Counted from the first letter of the stretch, positions 27,674 to 42,338 are shown. The stretch: DNA of 64,000 nucleotides from Octopus vulgaris (GCA_951406725.2 OX597823.1:69626001-69690000); one strand, 5' to 3'. Notes: generated by a model from the letters alone, not told the origin. A program made the numbers and translations.

Positions 27674-28316
27674 CCGTGTGTGTGTGTGTGTTGCTTAGTG
27701 TGTGTATGTGGGTTTGTTTTGGTGTATATGTGTGTGTAATAATTATTTTCGTGAGTCAAAAGAATCGAGACATTTTTAATAACAAAGGCACAAAGATAGA
27801 CTCGAAGATACACGATTTTTAAATATGATGAAATAAAAACGCACCTGAAACAGCTGTAGTGTGTGTATATATATGCAGGTATATATGCAGGTGTGTGTGT
27901 GTGTACATGCAGGTATGTGTCAGCGTATGTCTGTATGCGTGATGTTCTTACTTACTCTGATTTTAATCCAACTTTCTGTGCTCCCCTTTCATTTTGTGAC
28001 CCTTAGACTCTCCTAATTTTTTATATATCTCCTATTCATCCCCCTCTCTTTACCTCCGCCTCCTTTACCTCAATTTTTACATTCTGCTGTTGCCTTCTTT
28101 TCTTCTTCTTCTTCTTCTTCTTCTTCTTCTACTTCTTCTTCTTCCTCCTCCTCTTCCTCCTCCCCTTCTTACTCTCCCTCTCCTCCTCCTCCTCCTAATT
28201 TCTCTTCTGTTCTTTTCCCCCTCAATTTCACTTGTTCCTTATTTTTCTTCTTCTTCTTCTCCTCCTCCTCCTGCTCACCATCATCATCATAATCATCATC
28301 ATCTAAATGACGCTTG

Positions 28317-28362
<46 letters not shown>

Positions 28363-29265
28363 TTCATCATAATCATCATCAACATCGTCGTCGACTACGT
28401 TATCATCGCTATCATCTGTTTATTATACTTATTTCTCTCCTCTGATAACATCACTGACTTTTTATTTTCTATTTTCTATCTTTCTCGTAAATTTCTATCC
28501 ATACAATGTTCTATTTTGTTTCTTTGTTGTTTTTTCTATTTCCGTTCTATGCTATAGTTCTGTTCCCCCATCTCACTCTCTCTCTCCCTCTCTCTATCTC
28601 TATTTGTCTCTCTCTCGCTCACTCTCTCTTTCCATCTGTTTTTCTTTATCCCGTTGTGTAATAGTCCATTAATATTTGCGTTCTTCTCTCACTCTTCCAT
28701 CCTATCTACTCTTTTCTTCACTTCTTTCGCCTGTTTCATTTTTTGTTTCTTACCTCTTTCTCTTTCTCTTTCTCTCTCTCTCTCTTTCTTTCTCCCCTCT
28801 TTCTTTTACTTTCTCTCTCTCTCTCTCTCTCTCCCGTTTTTCTCCTATCTTCCCCGACTTCCCCTTTTAGTTTTATCATTACATTACACGAAAGCAAATT
28901 GAAAACACTCTAGTCAAAAACGTACAGATGTTGACCTGTAATATTTTGTGTAGGTCAACAGAATGGGAGAACGCGCATACAAATGCTTCTATTTTAGAAC
29001 ACACATTATAGGAAAAATCTTGACCTCTCTTGACAAAGATGATCTTCTTCATCCTCATTCTTCATATCTTCATATCCCCTTCCTCTAAATCCTTGTTATC
29101 GAATTTATTTTGCCTTAGTTTCCAAATATCCGAGATATAATGTGTTAACTTAGAAGATACACACACGATACACACACACACACATATTTATAAGCGTCCA
29201 TGTATGTGCTTTAGCATATGTATATTGTAAAAAGAATATGTGTATGTGTGTATACATATATGCGC

Positions 29266-29419
29266 AGGCGTGGCTGTGTAGTAAGAAGCTTGCTTCGCTA
29301 CCAAATGATTCCGGATTCAATCCCACTACATGGCACCTTGAGCAAATGTCTTCTACTTTATCCTCGGGCTGATCAAAGCCTTGTAAGTGGATTTGTTAGG
29401 CGGAAACTGCAAGAAGCGT

Positions 29420-29481
<62 letters not shown>

Positions 29482-29660
29482 CGTGTGTATGCGTGTTTAT
29501 GTGTGTTTATGCGTGTATACAAGTGTATGTGTCATTATGCCTGTTTGTCGCCTACCACCGCTTGACAACCGATCTTGGTGTGATTATGTTCTGTAACTTG
29601 GCGGTTCGACAAAAGAAAAAACCGATAGAAAATATGCTAAGCTTTTAAAAAATAAGTCTT
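29266..29660 (+). mobile_element. tRNA-derived SINE with internal microsatellite
   Basis: ggcgtggctgtgtagtaagaagcttgcttc..gattcaatccc head; homologous to 9430-9860. Confidence 0.7.
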
Positions 29661-30049
29661 TTGGTAGTTCAACTGTATAATTATCCAACAATAATCTAAT
29701 GGTTTCATTTCTAAAGTCATGAAAGATGTTCGAATGAAGATGCAATGTTTCGAAATATACAGATATTTTTGACTGATTGTTTTCGGAAGGTGAATTAACA
29801 TATCTATGTTGTGTCTTTTGAAACTTCGATGTGTTTAAGGAATAGCTTCAGTATGATGCCTAAAATATCATGCACATTGTGAGCTTCAAATTCTAGACCA
29901 GCTCCTATCGGTCTATTATTCTATGCAGCGAAAGCATAGAGAAACTAAACGAATTACGCAAAAAACACTCCTCGGTGGAACAATCTAGTATATATGAGCA
30001 ATGTAACTAAACACGTACTGTTGGTGATTTTTTAAACTTCTTTGGCTAG

Positions 30050-30198
30050 TCTCTGTTCTCTTTCCCCTTTCCGACGTAGAGATATGCTCGAAACATCAAA
30101 AACAAAAACTCTCACTCTTTTACTGAGCGTCAAGCTAATACATTCCATGTGCACGTCCTGTTGTTGTTTGTTATTTTTAATGTTCGTTTATTTGATTT

Positions 30199-30258
<60 letters not shown>

Positions 30259-30495
30259 TAATCCAAACAAGAAAACACAGAAAAAAAAACACAAAAAAAC
30301 ACACAAAAAAACAGCAACGCGAGGACGTGGAACAATTAAAGTATTATTTGACGCTCAGGAAAGAAGGGAAGGAGGGTTTAACGTTTCGAGCGGAGCTCTA
30401 CGTCGGAAACAAGGAGAAGGAAAGATCTCAAGAAGGGAAGACAGAGGAAAAAAATATTTTTGCTGGTGGTGCTCAAGAGATCACAATGTATGTAT
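30050..30495. mobile_element. Two tail-to-tail Penelope-like stubs around (TA)n, each with a variant hammerhead
   Basis: Plus 30068-30100: CCGACGT-AGAG..CTC-GAAAC-ATC; minus 30376-30410: GTTT-CCGACGT-A-GAGC tcc GCTC-GAAAC-GTT-AAAC; the downstream ctgagcgtcaa..aatac..cacgtcc is shared. Confidence 0.6.
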
Positions 30496-31739
30496 ATCTA
30501 TATATACATAATACATATATGTGTGTGTTTGTGTGTGTGCATATCACCCTCTGTATATCATAGTTTATGGAAGTTGCTCTTGACTTCACGGCTATATATC
30601 GAAGCATAAATTTCTCCAACGCAAGTTACCAATGGATACCCAGCTTTGACAAATACGTGTGAGGGCGAAACGCGTCTGTCGTTTACGTGGTACTCTACAT
30701 CGTGACTTTCAAAGGTGCGCATACATTTAGAATGATATAGAGAAAATGAATTTTAATTAAATGAATATTATTCAATGGTTGTCAATGTAACTGTGTGCAT
30801 GTGTATGTGTGTGCATGTATGTGTGTGGTGTGTGTGTGTGTGTGTGTGTATGTGAGGATGCGCGTGTATATGTCTGTGCTTGTTTATTCCTTGCTATTGA
30901 TTGGAGAGTAGCAGTTAACAAACCATGGAACAGTCTGTCGTGGACGCCTCCCCACTCTTCTTTCCGTACTTCTAAAGCATAGAAAGAGTGTATTTTACTT
31001 TTTGTGGATATATATCAACGTCTATGTTGTCACACAGTTGTAGGAAGGAAACTTGGAGAGTGCTTCAAGAAATCAATTAAGATTATGAATCACTGATCCA
31101 AAAAGGGAAAGCTGCCTGTGGAGAGCAGGAAATGTAAACCTGCAGGAGGCAAGCGGAAGGATCCCGGAGGAAACATGGAAAATGCTAGAGAAATGGGTGT
31201 CTATCTACAGAAACATTCCGATATAATGTATTTAGGATCAGATTAGTCAATTTTTTGTTTGTTTTTGTTAAATCAGTAATATGAAAAATGAGCGAGGTTT
31301 AGCTACTTTTCTAACAGTTCGATCAACAGTGCAGTGTTCTTATTTGTATCAGCTTTAACTAGATGGATTTAAAACTGCAGATAGTTGTGTTGCTAATGTC
31401 AGCAAATGATTGTTCTCACTATCTGTCACCTGAAATTTTCTCAAATCTGCCCTATTCAACTCTACATTCTGACGGACATATTTTTTATCTGTTTATAATA
31501 TTTATGAGACATTCGTGGCAGGCATCATCGTGCAAGCGATAAGATTTAAATAAAATGAGATCTTAACCTTTGGTTGAAGCCGTGTAGTAACAAACATGAA
31601 TAAAGTAACAGTATCATTTGTTGTGTCTTTGAAACTGTCCAGACGCTATATTGTGTTTCTGAACAAAATATCTAACAAATGTTATTACCTGATCTTCTTC
31701 CACTATTATACATTCTAGAGCCTACAGTCTCTGCAATTC

Positions 31740-32390
31740 ATTGCATATAGACCAAACTGGTCATCGTTTGGGTTAACGTTTCCAGGAACATCAATAACCT
31801 TACATTTGCAGAAGGTACGTTGTTATTAACTTTTAGCAGAAATGACCCGCAAACCTTGTAACTCCGGTAAATTGCAAGGTAATGTCCTTTAGAATGGGAA
31901 TAAATGTAGAGAGAAAAAAATCAATGTGCTTCAAGGAACAACGGTCACCAATCTTCAAATTATTATTGAGAGGAAACCAACTGAACAGATATCGAGAATA
32001 AAGTCCCTGGGAAATATACGGTGGAAATCAAGAGGATTCAAACCAGAAAAATAGGTTAATAAAAAGTTAATTTGGTTCTATTTTAATATATGGAGCTGAA
32101 ATATAGCCATTAACAAAAATACTATCACAGAGATTACAAGTCTTCGAGGTGTAGCTATATGGAAGACGTTTGATAATATCCTGGATAAGGTATGACTAAT
32201 GATGAAGTGCTGAAATATAGCAAAATCTAATAAGGTGGCATGGAAGAAAACAGATTAAACAGGTTGTGCAGTTTATTGGGAAAAATAATTTACAGAAAGT
32301 CTATAAATTACAAGGCAAAATGAATGTGGAAACCTGATGGGAAAACCAGAAAATACATGGATGGATAATGTCAAGAATTAGACAAAATAC
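31740..32390 (+). pseudogene. Decayed RTE-clade LINE RT fragment
   Basis: NINNLTFAEGTLL (cf. NNLRFADDT) at ~31790 and SILIYGAEI* (cf. YGAETW) at ~32080. Confidence 0.65.
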
Positions 32391-32961
32391 TGTGAATAAA
32401 TAGCCCCGACAGAGATCTGAAAACTACTATATCCGATGATGAGGAGGAGGAGAAGGAGAAGGAGATGAAGTAGTAGGAGGAAGTTAGTACCGTATTTCTC
32501 TTCATTTATGCGACTAAAGCATAAAAAATATATTTCGTGACCATGTTCTTCGTTAAGACAAGCGTACAAAGTGTAGAAAGTTAAACAGAAAATATAATTA
32601 AGCACAATCATCATATTCTAGGATAAGCTAAATTACCGTGTAGATATTTTTTTAAAACCATACAAACACTCAAAAGACTGAAATACTTTTGTGTGCACCT
32701 CACTGTTCCAGACGGCGAATAAGCAGAGTCATTAGAGTGTACGTCAAAATACCTTGAACTACGTTTTCCGACTCCCTGCGATCTGAATTCGAATCCTATT
32801 GAAGTCAAATTTGCCTTTCATCTTTCTGAGATCGACAAAATAAAGTACCAGTCCATGGCGAAGGATTTGAGATATTAAGTTCCGAAAGAGGTTCCTTTCG
32901 TTATTTGTTCCGCTGCTTTGCATTTTGATATTTTGGATGGTAACCTTATGCAGTAGATATA

Positions 32962-33232
32962 AGGTGGCGAACTGGCAGAATCGGTAGCAGCATCACCTCC
33001 GTCTTTATACACTGAGTTCAATTTCTGTCGAGGTCGACTTTGTTTTTCATCCTTTCGGAGTCGATAAATTAAGCACTGGGGTCGATCTAATCAAGTGGCC
33101 CCCTCTCCAAAAATTTCGTGCCTTGTGCCTACAGTAGAAAAGGATATGATAAGTACCTGTTGATCACTGGGAAATAAAAATGACTGACCACTTCCACGAA
33201 TTTGCTGACCTTGTGCCAAAATTTGAAACCAA
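32962..33232 (+). mobile_element. tRNA-derived SINE plus a partial second copy
   Basis: ggcgaactggcagaatcggtagc..gagttcaatt..gaggtcgactttg. Confidence 0.75.
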
Positions 33233-33822
33233 TCTTATTCAGTTACCTGGTATAAATCACTGCTCCGTCTTCAGGTGCCTTTGACGAAATTCACTTTGTT
33301 CTAAGCACCAAGACCAGGTTTGCGAATAGCTTCGCCATTCCACCAACTAGTCTCATGACACTGAAACCATCAAAGAGAGCTAAATGGTAAAATAAAGCCT
33401 TCTTTCACTTTTATGCAGTGCAGGAATACTTGCTAAACACACATACATAAACACACATGCACACACACACACGCACACACACACGCACACGCACACACAC
33501 ACACACACACGCACACACACACACATACACACACATAGGAAAACGCATACGCACATAGGAATACACATCATAGAAGAGCAGAATGGAGTAAATGGAGCAA
33601 GAGTAAACACGAAAACAAAAAGTGTTGGTGAAGAAGTCAGAGATGTGGGACGAAAGATTTCGGAACAATGAGTTAAAATAAGAACAGTAATAAACGAGTA
33701 AAGAAAAAATATATAGTGCGTGTGTTTATTTGGCAAAAAGCAGAAAATGACCGTCCCGAAATACAACAATATCTGTTTCAACACACGATTTCACAGCAGG
33801 AATCTTGCAACACAAAGTGATA

Positions 33823-33851
<29 letters not shown>

Positions 33852-33858
<7 letters not shown>

Positions 33859-34260
33859 GAAATGAGGTAATCAGATCGGATGGTTCATATTTATAGATAT
33901 TTATTTATATATTACATTTTTTACATATATATATCATATCATTCAGATCATATCATTCGGATTATTAGCGCTTTCTCCCATTCCAGTGGGGTTTTCAAAT
34001 CAAATCAATTCTTATATATAATAGTAATATCCTACATATATTTTTATTTTCATTTTTATTCTCTTATTTCCCTTTAGACTTTCTATATCCATCCTTTTCC
34101 AAAATAACTTCTCATATTGAACTCTACTAATTCCCTCTAGTTAACTCTCTAATATCGTCTCTGATGAAGGGATATCCCTAATATCCCACAAACAGTCTTC
34201 TCTTTATAAATCTGCTACAAATTCCACACAGCCTAGGCCTTGTCTCATTTTATTTAAAAC
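33852..34260. mobile_element. Penelope-like stub with decayed hammerhead(s)
   Basis: Plus 34157-34200: cgtct-CTGATGA-A-GGGATAT..ATATCCC-a-CAAAC; weaker minus-strand motif ~33960-34000; starts at (TA)n. Confidence 0.5.
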
Positions 34261-34305
34261 ACACACACACACATACGCATACACACACATACATACCTAT
34301 ATATA

Positions 34306-34365
<60 letters not shown>

Positions 34366-37300
34366 AAATTCAAATCTCGTTATGGCAGATTTTAAATTAC
34401 ACTTCATGCAAAATCGATGAAATAATCACACGATGTCATCGACCTTACACGTCTCATACAAAAATTGGCCTGGTTTCTAATTGAAAAACCAATTTGTCAG
34501 AGAAAAGGTTCAATAACACGGCTGGCATGTAAGAGTATTGAATTGCATTTTACAAAGTTTAATTGCTTTGACCTTATAAGTTATTAGTTTAAAATCTCGC
34601 TGGAATTGATTACAGAAGCACTAGTAATATACTGGAGTTTTGTGGGGGGTGCGGTTATCGTTTATATAAATATTATAAGAAATAACTTTTATTTATAAAG
34701 ATACTATTCGACGTCGATGTTCCTCCATAGTGGCAGTCAAATGGTTGACACCAGTTAAAAAGTAAACAAGCTTAATTAACTTATCCACTGCTACGTGTTC
34801 AAGAAGAATGTGGACTTCTACATAGTCATTTATCTGCATGAAATAACAGCCAAATTCTCTTAAAACCATATTCTATCATCTTAACAAAGGAAGGATACAT
34901 TCAGTCACATAGTTGTTAGTCTTGTGTCTTAGCTCAAACACGAACCTACAAGTTCGAGTGATCGAAAGGACAATATCCACTCTATTCAGCAGAACAGTCT
35001 GTCGCAAGGTTAACTCAGCACTCACTATTTGCAGCTGTAACCGTTACCCATTTTCAGACGAATCCGCCTCAGCAACGTTAAACGAAGTGTTTTGTTTAAG
35101 ATTTAGCGAGCCGCCTACTCTGGAAACCGAAACAACGACCTTCCCTTCGTGATATAAAGTCCCAACCGGTAGGCTACGCAGTTAATGACTAGGATGTTCT
35201 AATTACTTTGAAAAGAAGGGGTGGTACGCATGTAGGGTTTATTGGATCCTATCACTACAAGATTAGAGCTGACAGGGTCTATACAACATTAACAACAGCA
35301 AAATATGATACTTGCAAATACTCGCAAATGAAACAGGGCAGGTTCTGTATATTATTTCATTCTTGACCTAGTAGCTAGATTTTAGGGCTCAGGTCGTGGG
35401 TTCGATTCCTGTACTGGGACGTGTGCTGTCTCCTTGAGCAAGACAATTAATTTCATGCTGAGTGTCCTATCCAACTCAGAAAAAAATGACTGCTGTACCA
35501 GTGCTGGAGCTCTTTTCTCTCATTTATGCAGACATCATCCTGACACTTTCATTGGGCCCAGGTTGGGAGGGCACAGACAATATCTATATGCCTTACTCGC
35601 AGCTGTACAGGCATTTAAAGCAATTAACAAAAACATGTGATTCATGTTACTGAGTCATACACACCATTAACAGCTATGCTAAGTCTCTTTCATATTCCAA
35701 ACACTTTTATGTTGGTGTTACATTGTCTTATACGTTACTGCTTTTGTATTGTATGTTGAAAAGTTATGAGAGACAACTAATATAAAGTTGAGCGAGCAAC
35801 GTGAGCTTATTTTTTGTTTAGTCAGACATAGGAGATGAAACACCTATGACATACTTCCATGTTTCTTGGACTGGTTGAAGGAAGGTATTCTCAAAGTAAT
35901 GACCTGACCCGAATGCACCCGAACGCATATAGCAGAATGAAAATCAGTTACGGCATTCAATGCTCATGCAATTTACTAGCCAAGAAAAAGTAGGTTTTCA
36001 TTCGAAGAGGTTCCAAACTGTTTCCGTCTAACACATATCACTCACAACGCTTTGGTAGACCTGAGTCTGTACAGATGACATTTACTAAGGTTACACACTG
36101 AGCGATTGCACCCAAAACAATGTATTCTCTAGGTGAACTTTTTAACAACTACTCAGCTATGATTGTCTCTAGTGGTAAGTGAATATAAAAGAGTAGATGC
36201 TCATTTACTTGGGTTACAGGCCATTTTCTGAGGCACTAATGAACCCTATTCTTGGCACTTGAGTTGCGATATGTTCATGATATATGTATGTAACTTATAA
36301 CGGTTGGAATCACCAAGGTTTAGGTCAGTACCTTGTGGTGGAAAACATCTGTGCTGTAACTGATGTCTTTATTTTCGCTCTGACGTTTATTAAATTAGCT
36401 TGTAATGCCGAGGTTAATATTTCCTAGAAGTTAAGAAAAGGCAATTAAAACCCTTTGCAGTGTACACATGTATGGCATTATTACATGAACTCAACTTCAT
36501 GGCTGTTCATTATCGATATAATTAGAAGATAGATCACTATTATCGGTATGTAAGGAACCACTTCTGTTTCCCTCTCTATTTTCTGTATTATTTATAGAGA
36601 AGAGACAAACGGATCAATGTGTAAAATTATTTTCTCTGCGTACAATATGCTAGGTATGTAATGTACAGGAACATGAAAGCATTCATTATTCATGTGTTTT
36701 CCATGTATATTAGTAATGCATATGAACGAAATCATTGTAAATGAGCTATTAACGGTAAACTCTGCTCACAACAACCATATCTGTTATTCTATCACATTGA
36801 CTACTGTGGATTAATATTAAATGAGATATGAGTTTAGATTATGCCAGGGCTAATTCTGTTTTACATCATTTTGGGGTCGATAAAATTAGAATTATACTGG
36901 TGTCGCTACCGTCCTCTTTCACTCTCCCTACTTTAATTGGCCTTTTGCCCAAATAAAAAAAAAACTCAATATTATTCGATTTAATCGCAAATTATTAAAT
37001 TACTGTAAACATTATTATTCACGGGAGGAAAATGCATTAGCTACAAAGAACGATACTAGACAGCTGCAGCTGAAAAAAATATACACCCTTACAGTTATAC
37101 AATAAATAAACTGCCCTTTTTTTATCTTGTAATTAAATCGATATATGTCATCTTGATAGAAATTGAACTTGCAGTTGTTAAGTGCCCAATGCACTATTGA
37201 TTATCTTTAAAGATTTAAATCTCTTTTTAGTTTAATTTTTTTTAATATTAGGATAAGTAGGATAGGTTTTGTATGATTTCATATTTACATACAGCTGGTG

Positions 37301-37682
37301 GAATTTGTGCTATGCCTAGATTTATTCATTCTGTAAGCTACTTAAATCCGAGCAACACTTAGAGTGCTAGATTTAATCTGCCACCTAGTTTTACATCACT
37401 ATTTGGCTTTTCACTCCTTAGATGTCTTTCGTGGAGTCTTTTCTGTCGCAAACACACAAACGAGGTAAATGGTGTGCAGTTATCTCATCAGTTGCGGCTG
37501 GTTTTTCGTCCGCTGTGCTCCGCAATTGTCGAAGTTCTCACAAAAAGATTATGGAAACAGTCTTCTTGATTTAATCATTAAAAATATAAGGAATTCGAAG
37601 AAAAACTGAGATGTAGACAGAAGGAGATGTATAAAGAAATGAACCCTACGTTGAGGTATAAAATGAAATAAGATATTGGTGT

Positions 37683-37900
37683 CAAATTGTGGCACAAGAA
37701 CAGCAGGTTTTGGGGAGAGATGGGAGGGAGTAAGCCGATTACGTCGACCTCAGTGTTCAGCTGGTACTTATTTTGTCGATCTCGAAAAGTGGGGAGGCAA
37801 AGTCGACCTCCCTGAAATCTGAATTCAGAACATAAAGACAGATGAATGGCTGCTAAGTATTTTGGCCGTCGTGTTAACGAATATTCTAACTTGCCTCATT
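37683..37900 (-). mobile_element. tRNA-derived SINE
   Basis: Reverse-complement homology to the 32962 family. Confidence 0.65.
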
Positions 37901-39000
37901 CAGAGTGAATTTTTTGAAAAAACTAGCCGTGACATTGTGCAAAGAGTTACGTGAATTCTTATAGAAACATATACGTCAGATAATGCAAGAAAAAAGAAAA
38001 CAATAATTATTTTAGCATAAATATAAATGCCAATAGTAAAATTAGAGGCGATACAACGTGAACTAAATTCTTGTTATCGGCCCGTCTCTTTTTATACCAA
38101 TATACCTTTGAAGACAAAATTTCTTTGTATTATTTCCCACTATATAATTGCATAGGAACATTAGTAATCTTTCTATTTCTGATATTTCACACATACAATT
38201 ATTTCCACCTAAGATATTTTTCTCCAGTAAATCATGACCCCAGTAACGGTTGTGAACCTTCTTTCAATGGCGGGTCATTCCGTAAATAAATATTTTTCAC
38301 CGTCATAACATAAGTAATATGTATAATTTCCCCCACTGACAAAGTTAAACATTCAGAGGCAATATTTGATTAACTTTGATTTCATTGGCTCTAAGGTCAA
38401 GCTTCATATTGATAAGGTTATCTTGGAGCAAAATATAGGTTTCGAATTTCATTCACAAGTAGTTCCTAAAGAGATACCGTAAGAACTATAGTGTAAGAAA
38501 ATTATGTGCGCGCGCGTATGTGCGTGCGGGCATGCGTATATGTGTATGCATGTGTGTGTGTGCTCCTGCGCGTGTGTATATATATACAAGCGCACACACA
38601 CACACACATCCTTCCTATCGATTACTTTAAGTCATTTCTATGTACATTGAGCAATTGCTGTAATATTTATTGGTGTTTGAACAATCAAATAAGTATATAG
38701 AGGTCACTAGACGTAATATATACTATCCTGTCCAAATACAGAACTTATTCAAACATGAAATCAAGATAAATTTGCAAATCATGTGAAATTCAAAGAAAAT
38801 TCATTTTTTAAATATATATGGAATTATACTTTGTGCCTAGCGTTAAGATATCTTAGCTGTGCATTTCTTGTCCAACTAATTTAAATTCCTTAGCATTGCA
38901 AAGCCTACTCTAGGTATATATCCAATATAAAATTTAAACATGGTACTATGTGCTACCGAAATATCCTTTCTGCGCTTTCACAGAATACAGGAATACACTT

Positions 39001-39347
39001 TTACCTTTATATACTTATTTCTTTACTACCCACAAGTAGCTAAACACAGAGAGGACAAACAAGGACAGACAAACAGATTAAATCTTAAATCGATTATATC
39101 GACCCCAGTACGTAACTGGTACTTATTTAATCGACCCCGAAAGGATGAAAGGCAAAGTCGACCTCGGTGGAATTTGATCTCAGAACGTAGCGACAAACGA
39201 AATTACCTTTATATACCTATTTCTTTATTACCCACAAGGGGCTAAACATAGAGGGGACAAACAAGGACAGACATAGGTATTAAGTCGATTACATCGACCC
39301 CAGTGCGTAACTGGTACTTATTTAATCGACACCGAAAGGATGAAAGG
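39001..39347 (-). mobile_element. Tandem SINE copies with Tx1-like 3' tail
   Basis: ~202-bp period; tail tttctttattacccacaaggggctaaacataga resembles the Tx1 3' UTR at 24513-24557. Confidence 0.75.
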
Positions 39348-41104
39348 TGACACACACATCTGTCAGGTTGCTTGACCTGTCTCAAGTAGCAGTCAAATCG
39401 CCTTCATATGAATTAATGTCTCTTTTATTTTTAAGAGAGTACAGAGTAGTTTCAGAAATATTTGCCTGTTAGTTCTACCTCATCAAACTTGCGCTTAGAA
39501 TTTCCTTCAGTGGCTATGGATTGTTCTATGAGGAGTATTCAAGAGATCGGTATAGTGAACTTTCTTGTTAAATCAAAGCCTCAGTGGCTGAGTATTCCAG
39601 TGACACATGTATCAACATCCTGAGGCCGAATAGGCATGGCACGATATATATTAACTTTGTACACGGGAATCATTAACCAATGGATCTGACGGGCTTCTGC
39701 GCAGTTTCCTTCAAGTCAATTTTACTCATTAGGATTGGGTCGGCTCGAGACTGTAGTAAAAGATATTTCTCCAAGATGTCGCGAAAAAGAATCAAACCGG
39801 CAAACTCATAGTTGTGGAGTGAACTTCTAAAAGATTAGGAAAAAATCACATTCGATAATGTAGCCCGGAGGAAGTTGTGTCTGAATATAAATTGGGATGG
39901 TCATGGCCAGAGAGCCTTTGGTCATACGCATGTTCGACGAAACCAATTTTAGACTAAACAACATGAACAACATTCTCAAAGCTTCAGTCATTTCAACGAG
40001 AACTATTTTAACCATAGCAAAAATGCGTATCTCAGACATCTTCCACGAAGTTATAATACATCATCGAAGGATTTATCATTACATGCAGATTCTGTTTGAG
40101 GTTGGATCAATTAAATATCGCTTCAATATATTTGACGGAATATACAATCAATACATTGATATTGATTTTTAACCGGTTCATTCCTTTTGATCATGAGAGT
40201 GTTTCATCTTTGCCGTATATTATATTTTTTACTATTAGAAAGCATGTTTTATTGGGAATCTGGTAATGTTTGATGTACCTGTAATTTTAGGAGCGATATC
40301 TGCCTTGCTATCGAGGAATATGGCTATTATTATGTCGGTCACGGCAGTGGATTGAAATAAGCGGTGAGGTAATAACAGCATTTTATGCAACATTTAGTTT
40401 CGTCGCCTCGATTCCTGCGTTCAAATCTTGCTAAAGTCGTAAAAATAAGTAAAAACCAGTCAATTTCTACAATCCGTTTCCTCGACTATTTCCTTCCACT
40501 TTTGTGCAAACGTTTACCAGCCATATAAAACATGTTCTATCACAACACTTTTGACTAATCTGGATATGAAACGAAGGAATTCCTTACGTTTTCCTTAAGA
40601 ACTTCTTCACTATTGATGATTTAATATCCTTTATGCATACAGAATCCGAGTTTTCTGATTATTTTGTTTCAGTTTCATTTTACTTCATGGCGCTGTTATC
40701 GTCTTTCTTATCAAATTAGCTACTTTTGCTATAAATTTTCTTCTGTATTCCTTCTATTCCTTTTTTTGAACGTTTTCTTTTTATTATACTCACGTTATTT
40801 TCCTTTCGTTTCATTTGGGATTTTACTTTTCTCCATAAATATCTTTCTTTTAGATCCGCATCCTGAAAAATGATTACTGTATATCGCTTATCAGAGATTA
40901 TATACCTCTACGACTTTCTATCTGTTGATTTATCTATCCTTTCTTCAATATATGATACCTTAGATGAACTAATGTGGTGTACTAATTCTGTTTCTTTATG
41001 TTCTTATGTGTGAAAATGTAATTCATGTATTAATTAAAATAACAGCTCCAATTAATGATATAGCAATAACCGTAAAGAGTGTTATGTCACAACATATGTA
41101 TATG

Positions 41105-41153
<49 letters not shown>

Positions 41154-42338
41154 GCGCACACACACACATACATACATACTTATATACACACATGTGTTGA
41201 ATTCATAGCTATTCATTTATATATTACATATCGTGTATACATTTATGTATGTGGTTGAAACTAAAATGAACGAAGGGAAATAATTCACGTAAGTCCATGG
41301 CATGAATTTAGACACATAAGTTAAGGGTTGACGGACCGACTGACATACGCAGCAAAACGTAATGACTGAAATTTCCACTTTCGTTGGAGAAAAAAAAAAC
41401 AAAGTTGGCTGCAATTGTTAGTGACTCTCCTAGAAAGGGGGAGATAAATTCAAACGATGGATGTTTGATCTCGCACAACTAGTTTACATTACCTAATTAG
41501 AAGAAAATCTAAATCCACATCTTTGCTTGCAGTCAGGTAACTGATACGGATATTAACTGGTCATATTCAATCTTATCAATATAGCATACTCTGCTGAATG
41601 TCGCTATGGCCAATTGATAGAGGTTTGTTACTTACAGCAAAGGAGATATGAAGAGATTTGAGCAGCAATAATTTGCATAATTAAAAAAAAATCTTTCAAG
41701 GGGAATTACTCAAATAAGCAAATGGCGTGCATAGTCAATTTAGACGGTAATGTATGGTAGGCAAACATTCTTAAATCTAAATTTCCTTTTTAGATGGAGG
41801 AAAACAGTAAAATACTAACAGTAGGTGAAAGACAATAAAGAAAAGGGGAGGTGATATCAAAATTATTGTACATACTTGAGTGAAATCTGATGTTTGTTTG
41901 CAAGCCAGGTGGGGGCAACTATCGGTATTTTCAGACTTATCTCCTCTCGTAAAGATATTGCAGCTATAAAACTGTAGATGAAACAAACAAGAGGCACTAT
42001 AACAAAAATTTGCTGTGAATGTTTGAGATATCATTTAACTTTGTCGATATTGTTGTTATTAATATTGTTGTTGTGATTGTTCTTATTGATATTCCTCATG
42101 ATATTGTGATTGATATTGTTGTTGTTGATTTCTTGTTGTAATGTATAAGATTAGCACTGATTAATGAAACGTATTTGATCAAAAGTATTTACAAGCTGAG
42201 ATAATATCGTTTTCCTTTATCATATTACTTTTTTCTAACATTTCATTTAGCGTATATCATAAGCATAACATTTTCTTGAATACACAAAACCTGAAATGAG
42301 AAAAAAAAGGATATTTTAATATAGTAAGCTGTGAAAAT

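Noticed and set aside
27820-27866. GAAAC-AGCT-GTA hammerhead half (similarly GAAACGCGTC at ~30668)
   Set aside because: No matching CUGANGA core or stem II
35500-35570. Possible 30-nt micro-exon
   Set aside because: Splice-like signals only; unsupported without RNA data
37400-37560. Possible small exon (ccttag..gtaaat) and a minus-strand CTGATGA
   Set aside because: No recognisable peptide, and no HHR stems around the motif
39001-39347. CRISPR-like or other prokaryotic repeat array
   Set aside because: Eukaryotic SINE tandem; no repeat-spacer structure or cas genes anywhere in the window
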